In this document: positions 40,001 through 51,363 of the stretch, piece by piece | Layout: each line of letters begins with the position of its first letter | Numbering within the stretch: the stretch's first letter is position 1 | From: Lepidodermella squamata | Lineage: Eukaryota; Animalia; Gastrotricha | Direction of reading: 5' to 3' | DNA length: 64,000 bases | Assembly (NCBI GenBank): GCA_047495785.1 | Contig: JBLDXI010000029.1 | Span: 558,001-622,000 of the forward strand | Program-made: the position numbers and the translations under genes | Notes under the pieces: generated by a model | The model's input: only the letters and a program-made list of their open reading frames with translations | Told to the model about the DNA's origin: nothing | The model's database searches: none

Positions 40001-41121
40001 GCAGTAAGCCCTAAATTCAGATCGATGCGTGATACACTTGCTGCCGTTTGGGCAAGATAGTTGATGACACAGCGGATCTACAACGCTTAGATTGCTTGAG
40101 ATCGGCTGATCACAGAACAAACCTGGACGGAATTGGGACACCATGTTTATTCAGAATCGGATAAAAAGATCAACTCACCTGAGTAGCCCGCATCACAAAC
40201 GCATTGAAAGGAATCGTCATGCTCGAAACACGTTCCTCTCAGGCATGGGTTTGTTACACAAAATGTGGCATTTTCGTTTGGAGAATCGAATAGAGGTGCT
40301 AACGGTTTTGGGAGTTTTTCTGTGGTTTGGTGAAACGCCTCGCACAATGCCCCGTAGAATGAGGGCATGCAGGAGCAGGTAAATCCTGCAACCGGGTTAT
40401 CATAAGTAACCGGAGCCGCAATCGCCTCCCTAAACCATGGAATTTTGTCTAAACAAGTTGCACCATTCAGGCATCTTTGTATCTGAGAGCAGGCATACTC
40501 CTTTTCACAGTCTCTACCTGCGGGCAAAAATAAATCTGGGAAACAGAACTTGCACTTCAAAGGCTTACCGTAATAATGCTGATCACAGTCGCAAGCATAT
40601 GTTGTTGTAGAAATAACGGAGCAGGTACCGCGATCATTGCAAGTAACATTGCGGCATGGCGAAGTAAGCTGACAATTCGCTCCGAAAAATCCATCAGGGC
40701 AATGGCACACGTATTTATCAAGAAGTGAAAAGCATGCTCCACCATTTTTGCAAGATGTGTTATTGAAACAGTTATCTATCCGCTCGCAGTATTTCCCAGT
40801 AAAGCCAGGATTACAGTGACAGATAAAATCCTGCTCAGAATCATGGGTTGGCTGACAATTGCCGTTGGTTCCACAAGGCTTCAAACTGCAGACATCGAGA
40901 ATCTCACATCGCTTGCCAGAGTATCCATTTGGACATTCACAGCCAGTTTCCAAGCCTTTTTCTTCGGAGCAACGGCCTCCATTGAAACAATCACAGGGTG
41001 TAGCATCAGTACATGAGGATCCTGAAATCTGAAACAGACTAACATTCACATTAGGTCATAATAAATTAGCAGAACAAACCAAAATCAATGCGATGATAGC
41101 CTTTAGAGTACAACTTTTCAT
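31019..41121 (-). CDS. Secreted protein with about 14 EGF repeats and two laminin-G-like domains (EYS-like architecture); exons 41121-41080, 41028-40569, 40517-40179, 40122-38914, 38865-38710, 38657-38439 and probable last exon 31587-31019
   Basis: Signal peptide MKSCTLKAIIALILISGS and EGF Cys patterns. The distal exon is LamG-like (LEFSFR..GVLL..DFVSFYLSSGKL..DFGSG..GCIKAI). No TM segment. The phase-1 donor at 38438 matches the phase-1 acceptor at 31588, but this last link is inferred. Confidence 0.7.
31661..32881 (-). CDS. DSCC1: Sister chromatid cohesion protein DCC1 (CTF18-RFC subunit), intronless
   Basis: LKGGPEEIAVLCSENASYEVKEAETSNTLL, VQASHQEV, EFLESWHQAAPHG, LPEQFERRLEMLFREKPNWPIEELFPF and LAKHARS match the Dcc1 family. 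Confidence 0.92.
   Translation of the reverse strand: MNTVCSVLADAKLPVEDFHSVAYKLSFGSDISETCGVKFIEVDAAVLSKLESGNDLHLKGGPEEIAVLCSENASYEVKEAETSNTLLFISSSLTIPATNAEGNPTSDDFLISTADVKYLTHNYFELAACTPKLSQVYKLLGDSLYKGEIEEKRMIDGKILYSLNEIVKSVQASHQEVTSCLAEFGAFILRGKVRILDFDFCSEIVLHIVQLCLENSWTWDKIPTGEVCDQLASLYPRSVLLHVLLFFSPTNPVWLGDDYENIPATVAWDGSKLCRLIGEMILRSGTKFRLSEFLESWHQAAPHGLTPKLSDLEGVAVVENATNAKTSSKNVDSSAMIWFIDRFLLPEQFERRLEMLFREKPNWPIEELFPFFKDLNLDKAALASQLAKHARSILVNGSRIYSQKQI
33680..35179 (+). CDS. Type I transmembrane LRR protein (signal peptide, LRRNT, LRRs, LRRCT, TM, short tail without TIR); probable 51-nt intron at 34602-34652
   Basis: CSCDWITGMVDC LRRNT, LxxLDLSxNxI repeats, NNFTCD...C LRRCT and TM ITLAVLTVVCLSTLVVCY. 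An in-frame GTAAG...TTTAG segment interrupts one LRR. Confidence 0.88.
   Translation: MPRAYLCLLISTFVLHEAELANTNVKCGPNSECSCDWITGMVDCHGAGLTASSLDMIPNNASQLVLDDNTFPTFNISQFSRFANLTRLYIRHSHVEEIVEPTNGDFIPNLDTLDLSHNVIKEIKAKKFITNALRYLLLADNMISKISPDALAALATSVTQLDLSDNKLESFPRIDGQFQSNLASLNLSGNALAIYLDNITLAENFFHRLRQVRILDLSRNKIKELHHYLLADMTVLTSLYLHHNDIEDLDQISLRSDEHKMVTFNHWGQDSPIFWFPHGLFALNYIDLSYNKISKLDIKIFSIDNLPGKRILYFHITHIIILALVLKTIDLAFNNFTCDAETYMFFEAYVNVQTKSAHCHKNKSETCISFPSNSFPKDFIIRNIHSRDVTAGYTCKYPENLRGVHVLDFECSGQCRHDYIKLLPQYQNWKQDQEIMHTEIPMSTGFSVSITLAVLTVVCLSTLVVCYKLDLWRRITGQMRYVQVRRNLLQLEGGDDAVI
35936..37891 (+). CDS. Second type I transmembrane LRR protein, tandem paralog (exons 35936-37262, 37662-37891)
   Basis: Signal peptide, VDCSGLG, LRRs and NWFNCD...YTCHTP LRRCT. 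A phase-1 splice joins the TM exon IIGATIFLLFSLLVFLWAL. Shares SLNLSGNxL and a Trp-rich insert with the upstream gene. Confidence 0.88.
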
Positions 41122-41647
41122 TTTAATACAGCTAGCAACGACCTCCCAACGTGTTTCTACAGCGGTCCTGGTTCAAGCAATGCCGGATTTTGAATTTCGC
41201 GCGGTTGCTAACAACGTTGTTATGCAAAAATTAATTTATTAATTTTAATTTATCATGCTATTATTAACATATAAATATAAGTTGGTAATTTATTTGTGAC
41301 AGCGATTTTTTAACCACGTGATTTGCCGTCACGTGCTCAGCTTTTACAGCTTTTACGTTCGGGACATATCAAGTTACGGCCGTGGAGCGGAGCGGTGTGG
41401 TGATGCAGTGTTATCTGTTATCTGGTTTCGGGTTTCAGACGCGCCGGGTTCATTGCTAACCGTCTCTTATCGCAACGGCAAATATTACGATGCTTGGTGA
41501 ATTATCTGCCGCATTCGTTTTCGCTGTTATCGTTAACTTTTCATTGTAGTTTCAATGACGGCTGTCTAATACTACTGATAGCACTTGAACTTGTTTTTAT
41601 TTTGCTAAATCTAAATACGATTGCTCTGATTTAGTTAGATTCGTAAA
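41122..41647. promoter_or_regulatory. Putative bidirectional promoter between the EGF/LamG gene and IMP3
   Basis: Head-to-head ATGs about 530 nt apart. Contains an E2F-like TTTCGCGC near 41195, CACGTG E-boxes near 41315 and 41330, and RFX-like half sites. Confidence 0.45.
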
Positions 41648-42193
41648 ATGAGGCACTTGCGTTTTCACGAGAAGAAGCTGTTGAAAAAAGTCAACTTTCT
41701 TAACTGGGAAGTTGATAACAATCTGCATGTGGTCAAGATTTTGCGCCGATTTCATGTGAAAAATCGTGAAGATTATACTGCTTACAACAAATTGGCCCAT
41801 CAGATCCGAGAACTAGCGCGAAAGATCCGAGATTTGGATGCTGAAAATCCGTATAAAAAAGAAGCTGTTGCTGATCTGCTGAAGAAGCTTTATGACATGG
41901 GATTAATTCCTACCATGCGAACTTTGGAGCTAGCTGACAAAGTCTCAGCATCCTCATTTTGCCGAAGACGACTCGCCTCACTGGTGTTTGCTAGCCACAT
42001 GGCTGAAAATATGACAAGTGCCGTGAAATTCGTCGAACATGGTCATGTACGCGTCGGACCTCAACTGGTTACCGATCCTGCCTTTCTTGTTACTCGTCAC
42101 ATGCAAGACTTTGTGACCTGGTCTGATACATCTGCTATCCGGAAACATGTGCTCAAATACAATGAAGAACTTGATGATGCTGAGTTTGTTTAA
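41648..42193 (+). CDS. IMP3: U3 snoRNP protein IMP3, intronless
   Basis: MRHLRFHEKKLLKKVNFLNW, SASSFCRRRL and VEHGHVRVGPQLVTDPAFLVTR.MQDFVTW. Confidence 0.97.
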   Translation: MRHLRFHEKKLLKKVNFLNWEVDNNLHVVKILRRFHVKNREDYTAYNKLAHQIRELARKIRDLDAENPYKKEAVADLLKKLYDMGLIPTMRTLELADKVSASSFCRRRLASLVFASHMAENMTSAVKFVEHGHVRVGPQLVTDPAFLVTRHMQDFVTWSDTSAIRKHVLKYNEELDDAEFV

Positions 42194-42274
42194 GATTTTA
42201 TTTGCGGAAACTTGACGTAGCAAAGAATTAATACTTGATGGTATTGCTTGTTCTTCTTAGTGTTTTATACTAAA

Positions 42275-42835
42275 ATGTCTAAAGGAGGGCGTGGTACCGA
42301 GGTGCTAGTTAAGAATCTGGAGGACCAGATGGAGCGGTTGTTGCAGCAATTGTCAGATCTCGAGGAATTTAGAGCGTCCATGACACCAGCAGAGTTTGAG
42401 GAGATGAAGCAGGATACTCATGACCAAATTACAGAGTTTCAAGAGTCTCTCGATGACTTCAAAGACGGCGATGTTTCACTAATGGACAACGTATCACGCA
42501 TGAAAATGGCACTACAAGCAGCAGTTAGCAGTGCATTCAAAACCCCCGAGGTTATCCGGTTATTCGCAAAAAATCAACCGTCTCTTCTTCGTGAACGTTT
42601 GGAAGATATTAGACGTGAGTCGAAACTAGGCCAATGGTCTAAGGAGGCGACGATCGATAAAATGGGCGAAGTTCTCATGGCGCTAAAAGATTTGGGCGAA
42701 AAGCTGACGTCAGAAGAAGACGCTATCCTGAGCAGTTACCGCCTCGGTTTCGGTGGTTTCCAGAAAACCGATGGTAAAAACGCTGTTGGCGAGTCAGTTC
42801 TCGGCGAAATCAAATCAAGCTTGAAGCAAAAATGA
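42275..42835 (+). CDS. LZIC: Leucine zipper and ICAT-domain protein LZIC, intronless
   Basis: NLEDQMERLLQQLSDLEE, MALQAAVSSAFKTPEVIRLFAK.QP..LRERL and EVLMALKDLGEKLT.EE are diagnostic. ATG at 42275. Confidence 0.93.
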   Translation: MSKGGRGTEVLVKNLEDQMERLLQQLSDLEEFRASMTPAEFEEMKQDTHDQITEFQESLDDFKDGDVSLMDNVSRMKMALQAAVSSAFKTPEVIRLFAKNQPSLLRERLEDIRRESKLGQWSKEATIDKMGEVLMALKDLGEKLTSEEDAILSSYRLGFGGFQKTDGKNAVGESVLGEIKSSLKQK

Positions 42836-42975
42836 AGAAAACTGTCGTTTATTTTGTCATTTGGTGTTTTTTGTAGGAGCATGACTATCAAATAGTGGCG
42901 ATATTTTGATTAAATTTATTTACCCTTGTGATATTTGATCTTTCCTTTTAGGCTTGTTATCTAACAGAGGTGGCA

Positions 42976-45900
42976 ATGGCACCTATTGATAAGAAAATCA
43001 GCAAAGATCCTCCTGATATCGAGGTAGTCTCAAGGGAGTTTCGCAAATGATCAATTATGATTGCTCTGTTGTTACAGGCTATTCTCGCTTTAAATCCGCG
43101 TATTCCAACCCATGCAAATTTGAAGCCAACCGCTGTTACGAAGACTGAGAAAAAGCATTGGAAGCGGAATTTGGATATTGAAACTACGTGTTCAGTATGC
43201 AACTTCATCAGATTGTGAAAATTACACTAAATTGTTTTCTTTTTCGTAGCATGGGTGTTCACCTCTGAAGAAAAACTTTGACGATATCAAGCCAACAACT
43301 TTGAGCGAACGAGGCGCTTTACGGGAAGCATCCCGCTGTTTGAAATGCGCCGATGCTCCGTGCCAAAAAGGCTGCCCAACTCAACTTGATATTAAAGCTT
43401 TCATTTCTTGCATTTCTAACAAGGTAATTTGTCATTTCTTTACTAAACCTTGCTGGAATTAAATGATTTTTTCCAGAATTATTATGGAGCTGCTAAGTTG
43501 ATTTTTTCGGACAACCCACTTGGGTTAACTTGCGGCATGGTTTGCCCTACAAGTGAGCTGTGCGTCGGCAACTGTAATTTAGCCGCTACTGAAGAAGGCG
43601 CCATTAACATCGGTGGTCTGCAGCAATTTGCCACTGAAATTTTCAAGCAAATGGCGATCCCGCAAATCCGAGATCCTAATCTAACGCCGCTTGACCAACT
43701 GCCCGAGTTCTACAAGTCGCCTATTGCATTAATAGGCTGCGGCCCGGCTAGTATTAGCTGTGCTACGTTTCTCGCGCGTCTCGGCTATACTAATTTGACG
43801 ATTTTCGAGAAAAACGACTACGCTGGTGGGTTGAGTTCGTCTGAAATTCCGCAGTACCGTCTGCCATTTGATGTCGTCAATTACGAAGTTTCGCTGATGA
43901 AAGACTTGGGCGTCAAGGTAAATTTCAGAATTTAGAGCATTCTGAACTGAAGCTTTTAGAATTCCAATTTTTTTAATTTTTCGCCAAGAATTTTGCGTTC
44001 TAACTTATTCATTTTTGACTATTTTTCAGATTGTTCCAAACCAACCGTTCAAGAAAGGCTCTAAAACCGTTGAATCCCTGAGAAGCGAGGGCTTCAAGGT
44101 TGTTTTCATCGGCATTGGGCTGCCGGATGCCAAGAAAGACCCGATATTTGCGAACCTGAACCCGCAAATGGGCTTCTACACGTCGAAAGACTTCCTGCCT
44201 CAGGTGTCTAAAGCGAGCAAACCCGGCGTTTGCGCCTGCAAATCCGCCGCAGCCTCCGCTGAGCTGCCAACCCTGCACGGTAATGTTATTGTCCTGGGCG
44301 CGGGCGATACTGCCTTTGACTGCGCGACTTCGTCACTGCGATGCGGTGCCCGACGTGTTTTCGTCGTTTTCCGCCGCGGTTTCACGAATATCCGCGCTGT
44401 TCCGGAAGAAATGGAACTCGCCAAGGAGGAACGTTGCGAATTCATGCCGTTTTTAGCCCCGAAACAGGTCATCGTGAGGAACAATCGAATTGCCGCGATT
44501 GAATTTGTTAAAATGGAGGAAACTGAGGATGGACGGTTCGTTGAAGATCCGGACCAAATCGTGCGGCTGAAGGCTGATTTCGTCATCTCCGCCTTTGGCT
44601 CGGGTCTGTCTGATCCGGACGTGTTGGCGGCGTTTGGGCCTAATGTGAAAATCAACAAATGGGGCCTGCCTGAAGTTGACCCGATGACAATGCGGTCGAC
44701 TGACCCTGATGTGTTCATTGGGGGCGATTTGGGCGGCCTGTGCCAGACGACCGTCGAGGCGGTTAACGATGGCAAAAATGCAGCTTGGAATATCCACGCT
44801 CATTTATTGCAGGCCAACAAGGTAAATTCAGAGTATTTCTTTAAATACACTTGATCCAAGTAAAACCTAACAATACCTATTTGGCTATTCGCGGCTTATA
44901 GTTCGAGAGCTTTAAGTTCAATTATTTCAAAATTGAAGAATTATAAAACTAATTACTCGAAAATTCTTGGATGTCTTCTATTTAATTCATGCATTTTGCG
45001 TTGTTAGGCGGAAGAAAAATATAAAAGAATATTGCAATCTTTTAAAATTCAAAATTCACAACATAATTATTTCCGGAAATTGTTAAAATTTCGCTTGTTA
45101 ACTTTTTAAATAAATACATCCACATTAAATTTTTTCACCATACTGAAAAACTGAATTCGATGCTTGATTTTAAATAACTATTTTTCTCTAAGTCTGAAAT
45201 TTCTAACTTGAAAATTTCAACATTTGTTTGTAAAACAGTGAATACGAAAGTATTGAAGCTTCGCTGAACGCCAGTTTTTGGTTTCATTCATAGTTGCATT
45301 TTTTTTTAATTTTTTTTTTAGTGATTTGCCCACCCCTTGCCCACCTGATAAATTCTCTAGTTAAAATTGTTATTGCTCCTTTTGCCTAAATAATTATAAT
45401 TTATAATTATAATTATGATTCGCAGGTTGCTGTGCCTGAGAAGCCGCAACTGCCGCTGTTCTGCACGCCCGTCGATCTAGTCGACCTGTCGGTCGAAGTG
45501 TGCGGCATCAAGTTCGAGAACCCGTTCGGCCTCGCCAGCGCCACGCCGACGACCAGCGCGCCGATGATCCGCCGCGCCTTCGAGGCCGGCTGGGGCTTCT
45601 CACTGACGAAGACGTTCTCGCTGGACAAAGACCTCGTCACCAACGTGTCGCCCCGCATCGTCCGCGGCACCACCTCGGGCCACATTTTCGGCCCCGGGCA
45701 AGGCGCCTTCCTCAACATTGAACTGATCAGTGAGAAAACCGCCGAGTACTGGTGCCGGTCGATCACCGAATTGAAGGAAGACTTCCCGACCAAGCGCATC
45801 ATCGCCTCGATTATGTGTTCGTTCAACGAGGCTGACTGGACGGAACTGGCGAAAATGGCCGAGAAAAGCGGGGCCGATGCGTTGGAGCTCAATCTGAGCT

Positions 45901-47813
45901 GCCCGCACGGCATGGGCGAGCGCGGTATGGGCCTCGCCTGTGGCCAGGACCCGCATCTCGTGCTCAATATCTGCAAATGGGTTCGAGCTGCGGTGAAAAT
46001 TCCGTTTTTCGCGAAACTGACCCCGAACGTCACGAATATCGTCGAAATTGCGAAGGCTGCCCACCAGGGTGGGGCGGATGGCGTGACTGCGACTAACACA
46101 GTCTCCGGCCTGATGGGCCTGACTGCGGATGGGGTCGCCTGGCCTAAAGTTGGCTCGACGCAGCGAACGACTTACGGCGGTGTTTCCGGCAATGCGATTC
46201 GTCCGATTGCGTTGAAGGCCGTGACTGCCATCGCCCGGGCGCTGCCTGGCTACCCGATCCTAGCAACAGGTGGCATCGACTCGGCCGATGCCGGGTTGCA
46301 GTTTTTGTACGGCGGCGCGTCGCTGCTGCAGATTTGCTCGTCGGTGCAGAATCAGGATTTCACGGTTGTTGACGATTACATCAGCGGGTTGAAGTGCCTG
46401 CTGTACTTGAAGTCGTTGGACGACGAGAAGGCCCTCGCCGGCTGGGTGGGCCAGTCGCCGCCCACGCCGCGCCACCAGAAGGGCAAGACCATTGCCATCA
46501 AAGAGCTCATTGGCGCGCATTTGCCGCCGTTTGGCGAGTTCCAGCGCAAACGCGAGGAAATCACCACCAAGGTTGGTTTTTCGAGGAACATTTTATCGAA
46601 ATATTTTGATTATAGTTTTGATTATTAGTTTTGATTATCAGGTTATTTTCAAGAAAAAACGAAAATTCTATTGAAGTTTATCATCCTTCGAAATATTTCG
46701 AAATATTTTCAATATTTCTAAAATTCCATACTCTTCACCATTTCTTTCGTATTATTCTTACTTTAAAATTCGAAGGCTGGGTCTTGAAATTTGGGATGTG
46801 GAACTAATTGGAATAATTTGGTACGGAATTCAATAATTTGGTAATGACATCACATTATCCCTTTCAAAACTTGACAAATCATGTAAAATTTGCTTTTTTG
46901 AGAATTGAAAAACTAAGTAACCAGGATTCTCAAAGATGATGCATTATCCGGATAAGGCGCATAATTTTATCTTTATCCACTTTAGTTTCTGGTTTCTGAT
47001 ATTAACCATAAAATTACTAAAGATTTGAAGAAATAATTTCAAGCTTAGAAAAGTTAAAATTTGGTTCAAGACCCGTTTTCAAGGTTGTCATAATTAGCTG
47101 TGGCGATCTTTGAGGCTTAGCCATCACGAACTTACTAGGTTATAACTTTGAAATAATCTGATATAATATGGGTTCGAATGGAATTTTTCTCATTATTCAC
47201 GAAATAATCACTTCTAAAAATGGGATTATTAAGAATTCAAATTGTTTAAGATCTCTGTCAATTCCTATAATTTTTAGTTTCCCTGTGGTTATGAATTTCA
47301 TTAATTTCTGAAATCCTAATTATCTGTCCCTAGGTGAAATTGGACTCAGCCCTATTGGTTGATGACGACATCGTGGCGAACACTGCCGGCGTTGATAAAC
47401 GCAACAAGCCCGTGCGCCCTGTGCCCCGCATCGAAGACATGGTGGCCAAGGCCGTGCCGCGCATCGGCACCTACAACGACCTGAACAACAAGGAGCAGGT
47501 CGTTGCGCTCATCGACGACGACATGTGCATCAACTGCGGCAAGTGCTACATGACGTGCAACGACTCGGGCTACCAGGCGATCACGTTCGACGCCAACTCG
47601 CATCTGCCCTTCGTCACGAGCGAATGCACGGGCTGCACCCTGTGCCTGTCGGTCTGCCCCATTCCGGACTGCATTGAAATGGTGGAGAGGACCATTCCTT
47701 ACAAGCCGAAGCGCGGCATTGCCCCGAAAAGCGAGCTGAATGGCGAGAGCAACGGGATTACTGAGCGTAGAAGTTCAGTTTTGGAGCTCAATTCCAATGG
47801 AGCTGTTCATTAA
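42976..47813 (+). CDS. DPYD: Dihydropyrimidine dehydrogenase (NADP+), 7 exons (42976-43023, 43078-43194, 43250-43423, 43477-43917, 44030-44821, 45426-46571, 47334-47813)
   Basis: [51 protein letters not shown], catalytic [15 protein letters not shown] and C-terminal 4Fe-4[12 protein letters not shown] / [12 protein letters not shown]. Junctions are in phase. Confidence 0.97.
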
Positions 47814-48371
47814 AAAGTCAATTTTAGCAGAAAAAAGACAGAAATTAGATGCCTTTATTCGATTTATTGTGGCCAATCGAAATTTTAGCTGTATAAATTA
47901 TTCCACGAAACAAATCTTTCCAGTCAATTTTTCCTGCTCATTTTTTGCTGATTTTCGAATCGAACAAGTCATTCCGATATAATTCTGGTGCTTCAATCAA
48001 CGAGTTTTTTCTACCATTTATTTATTTACCAGTTTTGATTACATTTTAACCTGACGATTTGGTGCAAGCCTTATAGTATATTATCGCATGAAAATTTCGT
48101 ATTATTACTGCTGCCTAGTCCAATCCAATTATTTGTAGATTCAATCTGCTGTTATATACCTGACGTTGTATTATCGCGATAATAAATTCAGTTATTACGA
48201 AAAAACCGCGTGTTTTTTTGGTGTGGTTCCGGGTCGTGCTACCGTGATTAAAACCGACCCTGTGCGCCCGGTGCGGGCATATTAGCATATGAAGGCGAAA
48301 ACAAACGCCAACGCACCGGAAGAAGGGAGCTGGCGGGTTGACAAAAAGAATTACATCCTTAAAAACGCACG

Positions 48372-49923
48372 ATGGCCGACTTTTTAATATTTGGCATGAC
48401 CATTGCAGCTTTTGCAGCTGGAATTTTCGCGGTTGACCCAGAGTTACCCAGGGCCCTGGAGTACCCCATGACAAGGTGTCTAGGCCCGGCTCCGACCCGA
48501 TTCTCAAACTGCTCCCACGAAGACGCCTCGTCTCTGGAGATTCACTATTTCTTCAACACAACCAGCTCGTTATGCGAGCCGTATACCGCAGCCAGACTCG
48601 ATAAGTTGATAATTTGCGCCGAGGAGACGGAGAACAATTTCCCGGACAAGGTTACGTGCCAAAGCACTTGCATTCCGATTTCGATGATGCCACCGCTGCC
48701 GCAAGTGGAGCCGCAGCCTTTGTTCGATTCCCCGCCTGGAATGCCGCCGAGGTTCTCGCAAGTTTCTGTTTGTAACACTGCGACTTATGCTGAGGCAAAT
48801 GGGCCTGGTTGCAATGCCATTGTAAGGACCTGAATCTCCCTCAATATTCTGTATTTGTCGCCTGTTTCTGATGTAGCCATTTGGCGGAGAAAGTTTCACC
48901 ATGTTCCAGTACAACGTCGCTAGGGGCGATTGTGAGCCGTTCAGCTTCACAAACTGCCGACCTGTCAGGAACATGTTTCCGACTCGGGAGGTCTGTAAAC
49001 GGGCCTGCAAGATCAACAGGAGAGATTCAGGTTGAACACTATTTTGATCTCAGTCAAACTTAGCGGCACATTTTTTGGATTAGATGTTTTGAATATGAAC
49101 AGCTGCCCGCCATCGCTGGATCCTGTAGAATGCCTTGCGAATCCTTGCGACACTGCCACGTAAGATGTTGACCAACGCATTGTCTTTTGAAGATGCTTTT
49201 TTGATACCTATTGCCGCATGTTAGGTGTGAAGCAGTTCCTAACGCCGAGTGTCGAGGTTTGAGCCTCATTTTTTGCGCTCATTTTGCTTCACAGCAAGTT
49301 TTATTATATAGCTTACTACTGCGGTAGCTGCAAAGCCAAGTTTTACGTCAACAATCAGGAGATCAACTGCGCTGCTTCCGGGAGCTTCTTGCCGATTTCC
49401 AACAGCCGGAGCCTGCGGTTTATGAATGTGTGGCCTTGTCAGGGTGACCAACCATGCCCGCAGGCAATGGAAACAACCCCTGCCCCTTCTCTTTCTCCTT
49501 GCCCTAATCCATGCCAAACAACAACAACGACTACTACGACTACTACAGCTCCATGCACGACCACGACTCCGAGAGCGCCTTGTCCATCAGAGGACCCGAG
49601 TAAGTCGATAAAATGCAGCTTAACGTTGAACCCTTGACTATGTTCATCTCACAGTATTGACTGATCTCAAAAGGTTGCCACCGCCTTACCCAAAGTCTTA
49701 TACCTGTCCAGACGGAGTCAGACTGAAGTTGTGCTCGACCAATCCGTGCAGCAACAATTATTGTCCTATGTATCCGGAAGCAGTTTGTTTTCCGTAAGTT
49801 ATCATAGTCAGTTTTACCCAACAAATTGACCATCATTTTCATCACAGGAACTATTGCGGAGCGTGCCGAGCTGAGTTTTTCATTGACGAGAAGCCAGTCG
49901 ATTGCTATCCAAGGCTCCAGTAA
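48372..49923 (+). CDS. Array gene K1: secreted, 2 divergent Kunitz domains, 2 eight-Cys repeats, Thr-rich linker
   Basis: Signal peptide, YFFNTTSSLCEPY...NNFPDKVTCQSTC, spliced CNTATY...MFQY..GDCEPFSFTNC..NMF, and NPC..CPxxPxAxC..YCGxCxAxF repeats. TAA at 49921-49923. Confidence 0.8.
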
Positions 49924-50025
49924 AAATCAAAGACGCTAATTTTTAATACCTCTGAAAAAATCTCAGTGTTTAGAAAGAAAGTCGCTTCAGATGCATTTCG
50001 ATGTCACTTCATTTTTAGAAATTTA

Positions 50026-51363
50026 ATGACATTCCTATTGGTACTGACCCCATTCTTAATACTTTTTGCTTTGGCGGGTGGATTATCTGATGTTTTTCGG
50101 GAAAAATGTCTGGGCGACTATCCTGTAACCACGAGTTGTGCTAATGAGTGGAACTACATGTACGAATCTTATTATTCGATTCGTTACTTCTTCAACTCAA
50201 CCTCAGGCATTTGCCAAAGCTTTCGCTTCTTCCCTACAGCTGATTCAAACCGTTTCTGCACCCTGGACTCGAAAAACAGCTTCAAGGATGAAATAACTTG
50301 CAAATTGGCGTGTTTGGTCGTAGACCTTGGAGAGGCGGACGAAAGCGTATTACCCCAATCAACGCCGCGAAAAATTTCCTTTCAAACTAGGCCAATGCTG
50401 AACAGGCCGGTAAACTATCGGCCGAATTGTAGGCAGCCAAATATGGCTGACGGAAGGTGCGATACTTTTGTTGTAGTTTACGGCTATGATGTGCGGTCCC
50501 AGCGTTGCCAACCCTTCTTCGGCTGCAAAGGCACATGGTTTTCAAATCGATTCGATTGCCGGGACGCTTGTGAGGACTTCAATGCTTTTACCCAGGCGAC
50601 CCCATCTACAACGCCGCCTGTCCCAGCTCCAGAGCTGATTTTCTCACTAAATCAAGGTAACTAGTGACAGTTTTAAAAAGTCTAAGCTTTTGACTCGGAT
50701 TTCTCAGACTGCAACACTCCAACTTACGGTGAGGTCTATCAATCTCAGCAATGCTTATCTCTAAACGTCAATTATCAAAAAGGAGATGTATGAACCGATT
50801 GTTTCGGATTTGTGGAGTTTCTCTGTTTTTCTCTCCAGGGGCATCAGATGTATCAGTACAATAAAAGATCTGGGCAATGTGAGCCATTCACCTTCACAGG
50901 GTGCAAGTAAGTCTACAGACAAATTTTGCAAATTTTAACGGTTCAGTTTCAGCCCGGTTTGGAACATGTTTTTGACTCTAATTGATTGTCGAACGACTTG
51001 CGAATTTTTATGGCTAGGTATAAATAATTATCTGAAATGCTTCCTTCCCTCATGCCGGTTTTCAGCATCAGAAGGTGATTGTCCAGCTGGCCTCAAGCCT
51101 AGTACCTGCAAGAAAAATCCTTGCGATAACACCAGGTATTCAGATTTCCGAGTTCGCGGTTTTGGTATTCTCTCTTTGTTTTTTCGTGAAGATGCCCAGC
51201 TGTTCCGAATGCGGTCTGCCGCGTAGATAATTGCGGCGGGTGCTTTGCCCGGTTCTATGTTGGCAGCCGGCCGGTACAATGCGAGACTGATATGACGCCC
51301 TTACCAAGGCGCGCAACTACAGCGCCACGAATCCACCCGTCTACTACAACTCGCAGTAGGTGA
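50026..51363 (+). CDS. Array gene K2: secreted, 3 divergent Kunitz domains, 1 eight-Cys repeat
   Basis: MTFLLVLTPFLILFALAGG signal, six exons joined in phase by roughly 50-nt introns, TGA at 51361-51363 and AATAAA at 51367. Confidence 0.8.

Noticed and set aside
41125-41220. RFX X-box implying ciliary expression of the EGF/LamG gene
   Set aside because: Only half sites or a mismatched 12-mer (GTTGCTAACAAC); not a convincing full X-box.
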